Source: Nanobdellota archaeon
GTDB lineage: Archaea > Nanobdellota > Nanobdellia > Woesearchaeales > JACQSR01
Reading direction: 5' to 3'
DNA: 53,269 nt
Assembly (NCBI GenBank): GCA_042577505.1
Contig: JBHPEA010000003.1
Span: 1 to 53,269 of the forward strand
Part shown: one piece after another, positions 19,913-29,638 of the stretch
How the letters are laid out: each line of letters opens with the position of its first letter
Numbering within the stretch: position 1 is the first letter of the stretch
The notes under the pieces: model-generated
Seen by the model: only the letters and a program-made list of their open reading frames with translations
Told to the model about the DNA's origin: nothing
Databases searched by the model: none
Made by a program: the position numbers and the translations under genes

Positions 19913-21136
19913 CTACTTTATCAGAAATAAAGTATCATTCTTCCTAATTTTCTCAGAAACAGCTATAGTAACATCATCCCCTTTCTTTGCGCTTTTGACA
20001 CTTTTATCATCAATAACAATCTTTTTTATTTTTGTTTTAACAATTCCTGTAGTTGGACCAGTTATCATAATTTGATCTCCTACTTTTATCTTTCCAGTCT
20101 CGATCATAAAATGGCCAGCTTTTGGTTTTGAATAATAATTAACGACTTTTCCGATCTTAATTTTTTGTTGTTTGGATTTTGAGCCATAAACTCCCGCCCA
20201 CTCACCAAGTTTCTTTCCTAAATAATAACCACCGTGCCAGAAACCTCTATTGAAAACCTTTTCTAAATCTCTAATCCAAATTTTAACTTTTTCTTCAGTG
20301 TAAGTTCCAGTTGAAATACCATCAATAGCTTCGCGATATACCTTAGTTACAGCATAAACATAATCTGGACTTCTTGCTCTACCTTCCATTTTAAGAATTC
20401 CCACTCCAGTATCACTTAATTGATCTAAAAATCCTACAGTGCATAAATCCTTAGGAGACATCACAAACTTATTATCAATTACAAGTTCATCTCCAGTTTC
20501 ATCATCAATGACCCTATATGCACGCCTACATGCCTGCAAACATCTTCCCCTATTTGCAGATTGATTATACAGCCCTAAACTCATATAACATTTCCCAGAA
20601 ACAGAAACACACAATGCACCATGACCAAACAACTCGACTTGCATTAACTTCTTTGAGGGACCAACGATCTTTTTCTTTTTAATCTCATCAGCAATCTTCT
20701 TGATCTGTTCTAATTTCAACTCTCTTGCTAAAACAACAATATCAGCAAACTTTGAATAAAATTTAACCGACTCAACATTAGAAACATTCGCTTGTGCAGA
20801 AATGTGAACTGGTAATTTAATCGATTTAGCGTATTCTAAAACAGAAACATCATGTGCAATTATTGCATCTACTCCTTCTTTCTTTGCTTTGTCACAAATC
20901 TTCTTCATTTTAGAAAGATCATTATCATACATAATCGCATTTAAAGTTAAATAGCACTTTACTTTATTTTTATGACAAACACTAGCAATTTTCTTAATGT
21001 CCTTAATCGAGAATTTCTTAGCAGAAAGCGATCTCATATGTAAATCGTCTATCCCAAAATACACTGAATCTGCTCCTGCTTTTATAGCTGACATTAGACA
21101 TTCATATGAACCAGCTGGTGCTAATAATTCAATCAT
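19913..21136 (-). CDS. Peptidase U32-family Fe-S protein with C-terminal beta-barrel (TrhP/YegQ-like)
   Basis: ELLAPAGS, GADSVYFG, LARELKL, HGALCVSVSGKC..SANRGRCLQACR, MSPKDLC, KMEGR, and a C-terminal IGKVVNYYSK..IKVGD domain. Confidence 0.87.
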   Translation of the reverse strand: MIELLAPAGSYECLMSAIKAGADSVYFGIDDLHMRSLSAKKFSIKDIKKIASVCHKNKVKCYLTLNAIMYDNDLSKMKKICDKAKKEGVDAIIAHDVSVLEYAKSIKLPVHISAQANVSNVESVKFYSKFADIVVLARELKLEQIKKIADEIKKKKIVGPSKKLMQVELFGHGALCVSVSGKCYMSLGLYNQSANRGRCLQACRRAYRVIDDETGDELVIDNKFVMSPKDLCTVGFLDQLSDTGVGILKMEGRARSPDYVYAVTKVYREAIDGISTGTYTEEKVKIWIRDLEKVFNRGFWHGGYYLGKKLGEWAGVYGSKSKQQKIKIGKVVNYYSKPKAGHFMIETGKIKVGDQIMITGPTTGIVKTKIKKIVIDDKSVKSAKKGDDVTIAVSEKIRKNDTLFLIK

Positions 21137-21220
21137 GGACGAGTCATCATATCCCTTTTTAAAAAGATTGTTGCCAAATGGTAGAAACGTTTTTAAATCG
21201 TCTTCTTTTTCGCCATTCTA

Positions 21221-24200
21221 ATGAAATACAATCCGCAAGAACTAGAACAAGAAATGCTTGCTTTTTGGAATCTTAAATCTATATACAAGAAAGCAAAGGC
21301 AAGAAACAAAGGAAAAAAACCTTTCTATTTCTTAGATGGACCTCCATATACTTCTGGAAGAATTCATATTGGTCAAGCTTGGAATAAATCATTGAAAGAT
21401 ATGGTACTAAGATACAAAAGAATGCAGGGATTTGATGTGTGGGATAGAGCCGGATATGACATGCACGGATTACCTACTGCCCATAAAGTAGAAGAAAAAT
21501 TTGGGATAAAAAACAAAGATGAAATTCCAAAATTCGGTTTTGCAAAATTCATTGAAGAATGTAAAAAACTGGCTTTAACTAACTTAGAATTCATGAACCA
21601 AGATTTTGAAAGACTTGGAGTTTGGATGGATTTCAAAAACGCCTACCAAACTATTGATAACTCATTTATGGAAGGAGAATGGTGGTTGATCAAAAGAGCA
21701 CATGAAAATAAAAGATTATACGAAGGTTTCAAAACAATGCATTGGTGTGCAAAATGTGCCACATCATTAGCAAAACACGAATTAGAATATGAAAATGTTA
21801 CCGATACTTCAATTTTCTTCAAATTCAAAGTAAAAGAAAAAAAAGATGAATACTTAATAATTTGGACTACAACTCCTTGGACTTTAGCTTTCAATTTAGG
21901 TGTTATGGTTAATCCAGAATTAGACTATCTAAGAGTCAAAGTCGATGATGAAACCTGGATTGTTTCAAAAGCTCTAGCATCAGTATTAATATCGGGTGTT
22001 GCAGGAAAGAAATTTCATATTCTTGAAGAGTTTAAAGGAGATAAACTAAAAGGTTTGAAATATGAACACCCATGGGATAAAGAAATAAAAGATTTCAAAG
22101 AATTAAAGTCAGAAAAAATTCATACCGTTGTAATGTCATCAGAATACGTTGACACTTCTGCTGGATCTGGTTTAGTGCATATGGCACCTGGTTGTGGTCC
22201 AGAAGATTTTGAAGTAGGTCACAGAGAAGGTATTCCTGCTTTTAACAATATTGACGAATTTGGAAAATTCCCCGAATCAATGGGGAAATTCTCTGGTCTA
22301 ACTGCAAAAAAAGATGACAAATCTTTCATAGAAGCCTTGGGAGACAACTTAATTGCCACTTCAGATGTTGAACACGAATATGCCCACTGTTGGCGTTGTA
22401 AAAGTCCTGTTGTATTCAGAACAACAAAACAATGGTTCTTCAAAGTAGAAGATATGAAAGATCGTATGAGGGAATTAAATAAGAAAGTAAAATGGCAACC
22501 AGATTGGGCGGGAAATAGATGGTTTGATTCCTGGATTAATAATTTAAGAGATAATGGTATCACAAGACAGAGAGAATGGGGTACCCCCTTGCCAATTTGG
22601 AGATGTGATAAATGCCAAGATTTTGATGTCATAGGTTCAAGCCAAGAACTTAAACAAAAAGCAGGAAAAATACCAAATGATCTTCACAGACCCTACATTG
22701 ATGAAGTAAAAATCAAATGTAAATGTGGCCATGAAAAGACTAGAATCCCCGACATTCTTGATGTTTGGATTGATGCAGGTTCCGCATCTTGGTCATGCTT
22801 AGACTATCCTCAAAAGAAAGACAAATTCGACTTAATGTTCCCAGCAGACTTTATTCTAGAAGGAAAAGATCAAATCAGAGGTTGGTTTAATCTACTTACA
22901 GTCGGTTCAATGGTTGCTATGGATGCGAATTCCTACAAATCTGTCTACATGCACGGTTTTGTTCAAGATTCTGAAGGAAGAAAGATGTCTAAGAGTCTAG
23001 GAAATGTTATTTCACCCTATGAAGTCATTGACAAATATGGTGCCGACACTTTAAGATACTACATGATAGGTGGAGCAATCCCTGGAATAGATATCAACTA
23101 CAACTTCGAAGATATGAAAGTAAAAAACAAGAACTTAAACGTATTATGGAACGTACATAATTTCTTAATCGATCTTTGTAAAAATTACAATTTAGATCCT
23201 ACTAAAATAAAAGGAAAATTATCAATCGAGGATCAATTCATACTTTCAAAACTAAATTCAACAATAAAAGAAGTTACAGATATGTATGAAAACTATAAAC
23301 TAAATGAAATTCCAACTAAGGTTGAAGAATTATACTTACAATTATCTAGAACATACCTTCAATTAACGAGAGAAAAAGTATCTACAGGAACTGATGAAGA
23401 TAAGAAAAGAATTGCATCAATCACTTTCAAAGTTCTTTTAGAATCTATAACTTTGCTTGCACCAGTTATTCCTTTTATTACAGAAAAAATGTACCAAGAT
23501 TTAAGAGGACAATTCAAACTTAAAGAAGAGAGCTTACATCTTTTACCTTGGCCAAAATGTGATCAGAAACTAATCAACAATAAATTGGAAAGTGATATGA
23601 ATATTGCATCACAAGCTATTCAGGCAATATTAAACAGCAGAGAAAAAATTAATATGGGAGTAAGATGGCCTCTTAAAGAAGCTGTTGTTGTTACACACGA
23701 TAAAATTATTTCCACTGCTTTAAAGCAGTTAGAAGACATTGTTAAAGTTCAAACTAATATTAAATCCCTTATAGTTAAACCTTCCCTACCTGGAGTTAAG
23801 AAGACTATCAAAGCCGATTTCAAAACATTAGGGCCTATATACGGAAATGTAACACCCAAGATTATTGCAAAATTATCTTTAGAAAGTCCTAGTTCTGTAA
23901 TTGAACATCTAGAAAAAGACGGTAAGTTCTCTATGACCGTTGGTGGAAAGAAAATTGAGATAAAAAAAGAGAATATCATAATTTCAAGAGAAGTTCCAGA
24001 AAAATTCCAAGAAGCAGAAGCTAAAAATGCTCTTTTCTACTTAAACAAAGATATGACATTGGAATTAGAGGCAGAAGGTTACGCTAGAGAGATTACAAGA
24101 CATATCCAAGCAGCAAGGAAAAAAGCAGGATTTGAGAAAAAAGATAAGATTAAACTAAACTTAGTTTGTAAAGATGAACTTCAAGATATCTTAGAACCGT

Positions 24201-24337
24201 GGATAAAGAAAATCCAAGAAAAAACAGGAGCAAAACAGTTGAAAGTTACTATTACTATCCCAAAAGCGAAATTTATCCATCATATTAAAGGAAAAGTAAG
24301 AAATAAGAACTTTGAACTTCTATTTTCTAAAAATTAA
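21221..24337 (+). CDS. ileS: Isoleucine--tRNA ligase (archaeal type)
   Basis: DGPPYTSG.IHIGQ (HIGH variant), WTTTPWTL, GSGLVHMAPG, EGKDQIRGWF, KMSKS. Confidence 0.96.
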   Translation: MKYNPQELEQEMLAFWNLKSIYKKAKARNKGKKPFYFLDGPPYTSGRIHIGQAWNKSLKDMVLRYKRMQGFDVWDRAGYDMHGLPTAHKVEEKFGIKNKDEIPKFGFAKFIEECKKLALTNLEFMNQDFERLGVWMDFKNAYQTIDNSFMEGEWWLIKRAHENKRLYEGFKTMHWCAKCATSLAKHELEYENVTDTSIFFKFKVKEKKDEYLIIWTTTPWTLAFNLGVMVNPELDYLRVKVDDETWIVSKALASVLISGVAGKKFHILEEFKGDKLKGLKYEHPWDKEIKDFKELKSEKIHTVVMSSEYVDTSAGSGLVHMAPGCGPEDFEVGHREGIPAFNNIDEFGKFPESMGKFSGLTAKKDDKSFIEALGDNLIATSDVEHEYAHCWRCKSPVVFRTTKQWFFKVEDMKDRMRELNKKVKWQPDWAGNRWFDSWINNLRDNGITRQREWGTPLPIWRCDKCQDFDVIGSSQELKQKAGKIPNDLHRPYIDEVKIKCKCGHEKTRIPDILDVWIDAGSASWSCLDYPQKKDKFDLMFPADFILEGKDQIRGWFNLLTVGSMVAMDANSYKSVYMHGFVQDSEGRKMSKSLGNVISPYEVIDKYGADTLRYYMIGGAIPGIDINYNFEDMKVKNKNLNVLWNVHNFLIDLCKNYNLDPTKIKGKLSIEDQFILSKLNSTIKEVTDMYENYKLNEIPTKVEELYLQLSRTYLQLTREKVSTGTDEDKKRIASITFKVLLESITLLAPVIPFITEKMYQDLRGQFKLKEESLHLLPWPKCDQKLINNKLESDMNIASQAIQAILNSREKINMGVRWPLKEAVVVTHDKIISTALKQLEDIVKVQTNIKSLIVKPSLPGVKKTIKADFKTLGPIYGNVTPKIIAKLSLESPSSVIEHLEKDGKFSMTVGGKKIEIKKENIIISREVPEKFQEAEAKNALFYLNKDMTLELEAEGYAREITRHIQAARKKAGFEKKDKIKLNLVCKDELQDILEPWIKKIQEKTGAKQLKVTITIPKAKFIHHIKGKVRNKNFELLFSKN

Positions 24338-24340
24338 ACC

Positions 24341-24356
24341 CGAAAATTTTATAAAT
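24341..24356 (+). promoter_or_regulatory. BRE-TATA promoter (leaderless)
   Basis: CGAAAATTTTATAAAT ends 20 nt before ATG 24377. Confidence 0.65.
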
Positions 24357-24376
24357 CACCCCATGAACAACGATAT

Positions 24377-24841
24377 ATGTCAAAAATCATTCACAAAGAC
24401 ACACCTTTATCTGAATTAACTTTAAGAAAGTACGAAAAACCTGATAATTTATCTGATAGAGATCTCGTGAGAAAACTCTGTCTTTCCATAGGATTACTCC
24501 AACCTGGAGATTCCAGGGATGTGATGGTTGATATTTTACACACTTTACTCATTGCGAAAAAGGATGGCCAGACTCTAACTTCAAAAGATATTGAAGATAA
24601 CGCAAAAAAATTAAGGGTCGCATGCAGCTTACCATTAAACGGATTAGCATCATCAAACATAAGAAGACAAATCAAACGGTTAAAAGATCTTTTTCTTATT
24701 GAATCTAAAGCTTCAAGATACAGAATCACAGAGTTCAACAAAACATCTGAAGTATTTGAAGAAAAAATTGAGAAATATTTCTTACCCTCAATTCTAAATA
24801 GAACCAAAGAATACTTAGGAGAAATAGACAAGAGATTCTAA
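24377..24841 (+). CDS. Putative winged-helix DNA-binding protein
   Basis: LTSKDI..ASSNIRRQIKRLKDLFLIE..YRI is a wHTH pattern; N-terminal ELTLRKYEKP..LSIGLLQPGDSRD. Confidence 0.65.
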   Translation: MSKIIHKDTPLSELTLRKYEKPDNLSDRDLVRKLCLSIGLLQPGDSRDVMVDILHTLLIAKKDGQTLTSKDIEDNAKKLRVACSLPLNGLASSNIRRQIKRLKDLFLIESKASRYRITEFNKTSEVFEEKIEKYFLPSILNRTKEYLGEIDKRF

Positions 24842-25209
24842 CTTGACTGAGAAACTTTCTTCTTTCTTAGAGTAATTAATATAGCAATATTCAACACGAG
24901 CGGAACTGCGAATATAAATCCAGGCCAACCTTGTTGAGAAAGAAATAATAAAAATAATAACCCAAGAGGTACTGTCTGAAATAGTGTATTGAGATAATAA
25001 TACCACCTGCTTTCAATATTTATTATTACCAATAAAAAATTAATAAGCGATACAAAACCCAAAAATGCAGCAAAGCCAAATAGTATAAAGTGAACCGGTT
25101 CCTCAACCCACTTACCATAACTAACACTCATTAGTAAGATTGAAACAATTATTAATATCGAATCCCTTATTGATTGTAGTATTCTATTAGCCTTACTTGC
25201 CATTTTCAC
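24838..25209 (-). CDS. Small 4-TM membrane protein
   Basis: Four hydrophobic segments and a basic C-terminus. Confidence 0.7.
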   Translation of the reverse strand: MKMASKANRILQSIRDSILIIVSILLMSVSYGKWVEEPVHFILFGFAAFLGFVSLINFLLVIINIESRWYYYLNTLFQTVPLGLLFLLFLSQQGWPGFIFAVPLVLNIAILITLRKKKVSQSS

Positions 25210-25284
25210 TACTTACTAACAGAACAAATATTTAAATATTATCTAAGTATACCAATCTTCTAGCATCTATAACTTACTTTTAAC

Positions 25285-27021
25285 ATGGAAACACTCCAAG
25301 AAGCCAAATTAGAGGACTTAATTCCACTCCCCTATGATAATGTTAGGAAGGCATATGAGAGAAGAATTTCTCTACTTCGGGAAGCAGAAGAAAGTTTTTT
25401 AAACAAAAAAAAGGATCAGTTACCAAGACTCCAAGCATTACTCCATTCTTTTGTAAGGGAAGAAGATCCATCCGACATTTCACAAATATCAAGTTTAATG
25501 CAATCTCTAATTATTGATTCTACTGGTTTTGGATCAGCACAAAGTCGATATGCTAGTCGAATTAAACAGAATCTTGAAGACACAATAGGTTTGGAAGAAT
25601 TGCATGTTTACACTAGAAAAGATATCGCAACTAGATTAAGAAGGCTTTATGAGGATATAAATCCAAACTTTGTATTATCTACAAATGCATTTGTGGTCGA
25701 TTTGGGTCTTAAAAATACAGCAGCAGCTTTCTCTATAGAATCCTCGGCAATGGGTGTTGATATAGATGGCAAGGCAATACCGGGTGTTTTACTTATGTGT
25801 GGATATTCCATACTTGATTTAGTAGATAACTCAGACTTTATTGGTGATGTGGGACTCTCATGTAAACAAGAAGTTCTAACACCCCTAGAAAATGCCAAAT
25901 TTCGACCTTATCTGATATCAAAACTAACTCTAAGCGACCAGGAAAAGGCTGTCATCGATGATATGATGGAAATGTACAGACCAGGCGAGACCGAATTTAA
26001 TGCAAAATTATTAATGAAAGCAATAGGGAATGTTGTTTCAAGACAATTCAGTTCTTTCGATTATAACGATCTCCAAACATTAAACTTGAAAGGAGATGAT
26101 CCAGATGCTCAACAAAAAAAGGACAAAATATTTCATGATACCTACGATCAAGGTCTTTCCATCGGAGGAACTGTTTTAGTAGCATCGGCCTATGCAATAA
26201 GACTTACACTTCAAAAAAATGGTGAAGAACTCCCTGATATGCCCAATAATCCAGATTATAATTTAAGCTGGGGTGGAAATTTCTTAAGATTTGTATACGG
26301 AAATGAAGCTACTGAAAGACCTGATTTCCAACAAAGAGCAAAGGCTATGGATACTTACTTTCAATTGATAAGAACACATGGCCCGGGTAATGCATCAACT
26401 TTTGCAGTTAGGGCGGCAGCCAGCGCATATACTGATTTACCGGGCGCTCTAAACTCAGGTATAAATGTATTATCGGGGGATCGACATGGTTTTGCTGCTG
26501 TTCTGTCTTACCAACAAGTATCACAAGCATACGATAGACTAAGAGAACAACATGGTCACATATCTAGGCATTTTATTGCAGAAGAGGTTGCACGAATTTA
26601 TAGAGAAGAAGGAGTATTCCAAGGATTTGGCCACCCTGTTTATAAAAGACCCAGAGAAAGAACACCACCAGGAGATCCAAGATTCGGAATTATGAGAGAA
26701 ATTATTCAGTCATGGGGCGATTCTGAAATTCAAAGAAAGATGCAATTTTACAATGAATGGGATAATCAGGTTGGTGATTTTACTAAGAGGGAGAAAGGAT
26801 CCTCTGCAGGTTTCCCAGCTAATGTTGACCTTTTAACACCAATTTTATTACAAGATAGAATTGGGTTGCCTCCGGAAGCAAATCCTCTAATGTTCTATTG
26901 TGGTAGGGAATTTGGCCATGTTCTACACTATATTGAAGCTATCCAATTTCCACTTATAAGATCTAGAGGGCTTTATGAAGGGCCAAGAGCTAGAGAAATT
27001 AAGCCAGTAAATAATTTCTAA
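25285..27021 (+). CDS. Divergent citrate synthase-family protein with N-terminal extension
   Basis: GYSILDLVDNSDF, THGPGNASTFAVR, LSGDRHG, GFGHPVYK..GDPR, FPANVD and LIRSR..YEGP match citrate/2-methylcitrate synthase motifs. Confidence 0.75.
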   Translation: METLQEAKLEDLIPLPYDNVRKAYERRISLLREAEESFLNKKKDQLPRLQALLHSFVREEDPSDISQISSLMQSLIIDSTGFGSAQSRYASRIKQNLEDTIGLEELHVYTRKDIATRLRRLYEDINPNFVLSTNAFVVDLGLKNTAAAFSIESSAMGVDIDGKAIPGVLLMCGYSILDLVDNSDFIGDVGLSCKQEVLTPLENAKFRPYLISKLTLSDQEKAVIDDMMEMYRPGETEFNAKLLMKAIGNVVSRQFSSFDYNDLQTLNLKGDDPDAQQKKDKIFHDTYDQGLSIGGTVLVASAYAIRLTLQKNGEELPDMPNNPDYNLSWGGNFLRFVYGNEATERPDFQQRAKAMDTYFQLIRTHGPGNASTFAVRAAASAYTDLPGALNSGINVLSGDRHGFAAVLSYQQVSQAYDRLREQHGHISRHFIAEEVARIYREEGVFQGFGHPVYKRPRERTPPGDPRFGIMREIIQSWGDSEIQRKMQFYNEWDNQVGDFTKREKGSSAGFPANVDLLTPILLQDRIGLPPEANPLMFYCGREFGHVLHYIEAIQFPLIRSRGLYEGPRAREIKPVNNF

Positions 27022-27062
27022 AAAACATAATTTTTATAAAAGCTAAACATTAATACCTCTTC

Positions 27063-27260
27063 ATGTCAAAACAGAAAAAACTTACAAGATCAAAGAAAGA
27101 AAGAATTATTGCTGGTGTTTGTGGTGGATTAGCAAAATACTTTGATACTGATACTTCTTTAGTTAGAATTCTTTGGGTGATTGGTACACTTATAACTGGA
27201 GTTGTCGGTGGAGTAATTGCTTACATTGTAGCTTGGATTATAATCCCAGAAGAACACTAA
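27063..27260 (+). CDS. pspC: PspC domain protein
   Basis: KKLTRS..RIIAGVCGGLAKYF..LVRILW..AYIVAWIIIPEE. Confidence 0.92.
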   Translation: MSKQKKLTRSKKERIIAGVCGGLAKYFDTDTSLVRILWVIGTLITGVVGGVIAYIVAWIIIPEEH

Positions 27261-27349
27261 AAGCTCAATTTTATATACTAAATCCCCCCTCCAGCTATAA
27301 AAGGGGGTGTTCTTTGTAATTTTATATAACCTATTGTAGCTTTAAAAAA

Positions 27350-29638
27350 ATGATTAAACAAGTATTAGAAAAATTAGCCAATGTCCAAGAGAAATACCCA
27401 GTAATTATTGTGTTATTAATGCTTATTGTATCTTTATTCTTTGGTTATTATGCTTTCAGAATTGAGTCAGACTCTTCATTTGACGTTATGTTTAGCGAAG
27501 ACACTGAAACTATTAAATTAAAAAATTTAATGTCGAATGAATTTGGATCTACTGACAGTGTTTTCATTCTTGTAAATGTTGATGAGGAATTAAATGATAT
27601 AACGATGCTTCAGGATATTCGACATCCTGATGTCTTGAAAGCAATTAAAACATTATCTGGAAGCCTGGAAGCAGAAACTTCTGTGTCTTCTGCAGTCAGT
27701 CTGGTTACGATTTTTGATTTAGTGTATGGGAGACTCCCCACAACATTAGAAGAATCAAAATCAATGATTAACAACCTTCCGGAAGAAATTAAAAAATCCT
27801 ATTTATCAAGTGTCCTTAGCGATGATTTTAGTGCTACAGCTATTTTTGTTAGCATTGACGTCGAGAACAAACCAGGTTCATTAATAAAAACAGAAGAGCT
27901 AATTAGGGAAAAGATTGAGCAAACACCCTTCCCAATTGGGGTATCAGCCAAGTTAACAGGTTTGCCCATCTTAATTAACAGAATCTTATTCTTCATCATC
28001 AACGATAATATCACTACAATCTTTCTCGCTATATTGGGAGTTTTTATAGTACTTTGGATATATTTTAAATCGTACAAAATAGCTTTACTAAGCATAATCC
28101 CTGTCTCACTTACCTTACTTTGGTTAGCTGGAACACTCCATCTGTTGGATGTAAGAATCACTGTGATGATAGCTAGTGTTGGTGCCATGATCGTAGGAAT
28201 GAGCGTGGACTACGCAATTCATTTAACACACGCTTTCCATAAGAAAGTAAAAGAAGGTGAAACAGATGTAACAAAAACCGCTGTAGTAAGCATCGGTGCA
28301 GCATTATTTGCATCTGTAGCTACAACCTTTGCGGGTTTCTCTGCAATGATGTTAGGTTCTACACCTAATTCAGTTACTCAAGGCCTTTCACTTTCAATTG
28401 GAGTTGTCTATGCTTTCATCATCACACTTATTCTGTTACCAGCACTCATGGTATTACAAAGAAAATTTATTTATACGAAACTTGACGAAACAATATTCAA
28501 AATTAGAGGAAGAAAAGAATCTTCAAAAAAAGGTATTATTGATTCTTTCCTTAAAAAGTTAGCCGAATTTCAAGTTAAAAGACCCATTTTCATTTTAGGT
28601 ATTGTTGGTATTATTACACTTCTTATCATTCCTGGTTTTAGTATGGTCTATATGGACACTGATGGTAAAAACTGGATGCCAGAAAATGATGATGTCGTTG
28701 ATACTATGAATCTTGTTGGTACAAAATTTGGCGGCACTGACTCTGTTAATGTTTTATTTTTAATTGAAGGGGATGAACTGGATTCCATTAATGACCTAAG
28801 AGATCCAAGGGTCATTAGGCCAATGGCCTCCCTCGATAAAGTGTTGGAAGGTATAAAATGGATAGATATTGTCGAATCTCCAACAAACGATATCAGATCC
28901 TTCAACGATGGGAGGATTCCTCAAGATTACGAAAACATCAAAAAAATCATTGAAGAAAATCCTTCTATTAATTCCAACTTCAATGATGATTATAGTATTG
29001 CCAAAACGAGCGTTAGAGCAAATGGTTTTGATCCTTGGCAATTTTATGATCTAAAGAATGAGGTCGAAAGCATTCCTTTCCCAAAGGAGATTTCAATAGT
29101 TTATCAGGGTGCAGCTCCAAGAGATGTTGAATTAGAACAGATGATGGGGAGTGACACTATGAAAACTGCCCTAATCGGATTCGTTCTAGTTATTGTCATA
29201 GCGTCATTATTCTACCTTTCAATCATTTCAGGATTACTTGCTTTTATTCCAATTGTATTCTCAATTATGTGGACTGTAGGGACTATGGGTTACATAGATT
29301 TGCCATTTACCATCCTTACAACAGGTATGTTGGCAATTCTAATGGGAATGGGAATAGACTTCAGCATTCATCTTATCCACAGTACAAAATTAGCTATGGA
29401 AAAGTATAATTCAGTTGAAAAAGCAGTTCCTGAAGCAATGATGGACACTGGACAGGCACTTTCCATAACTACAATAACAACAGTTATAGGTTTCATGGCA
29501 TTGTCTTTTGCTACTCTTGTAAATACAATGAGACTGGGTTGGACATTAGCAATAGGAATATTTGCTACGTTTTTTGCTTGCATTTTAATAGTACCAGCCG
29601 TTCTCACCCTAAAATATAAACGGAGGAATGAAAAATGA
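27350..29638 (+). CDS. RND/MMPL (HAE3-like) transporter
   Basis: Two repeats of 1 TM + extracellular domain + 5 TM; GMSVDYAIH and GMGIDFSIH proton-relay motifs. Confidence 0.92.
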   Translation: MIKQVLEKLANVQEKYPVIIVLLMLIVSLFFGYYAFRIESDSSFDVMFSEDTETIKLKNLMSNEFGSTDSVFILVNVDEELNDITMLQDIRHPDVLKAIKTLSGSLEAETSVSSAVSLVTIFDLVYGRLPTTLEESKSMINNLPEEIKKSYLSSVLSDDFSATAIFVSIDVENKPGSLIKTEELIREKIEQTPFPIGVSAKLTGLPILINRILFFIINDNITTIFLAILGVFIVLWIYFKSYKIALLSIIPVSLTLLWLAGTLHLLDVRITVMIASVGAMIVGMSVDYAIHLTHAFHKKVKEGETDVTKTAVVSIGAALFASVATTFAGFSAMMLGSTPNSVTQGLSLSIGVVYAFIITLILLPALMVLQRKFIYTKLDETIFKIRGRKESSKKGIIDSFLKKLAEFQVKRPIFILGIVGIITLLIIPGFSMVYMDTDGKNWMPENDDVVDTMNLVGTKFGGTDSVNVLFLIEGDELDSINDLRDPRVIRPMASLDKVLEGIKWIDIVESPTNDIRSFNDGRIPQDYENIKKIIEENPSINSNFNDDYSIAKTSVRANGFDPWQFYDLKNEVESIPFPKEISIVYQGAAPRDVELEQMMGSDTMKTALIGFVLVIVIASLFYLSIISGLLAFIPIVFSIMWTVGTMGYIDLPFTILTTGMLAILMGMGIDFSIHLIHSTKLAMEKYNSVEKAVPEAMMDTGQALSITTITTVIGFMALSFATLVNTMRLGWTLAIGIFATFFACILIVPAVLTLKYKRRNEK

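Noticed and set aside
11526-21136. Integrated element at the tRNA explaining the orphan-rich block
   Set aside because: No integrase, transposase or phage gene, and I found no repeat of the tRNA 3' end. The block includes ordinary cellular genes (U32, mscS, Lrp).
21360-21380. IleRS HIGQ instead of HIGH as a sign of inactivation
   Set aside because: The fourth HIGH position varies in archaeal IleRS, and all other motifs including KMSKS are intact.
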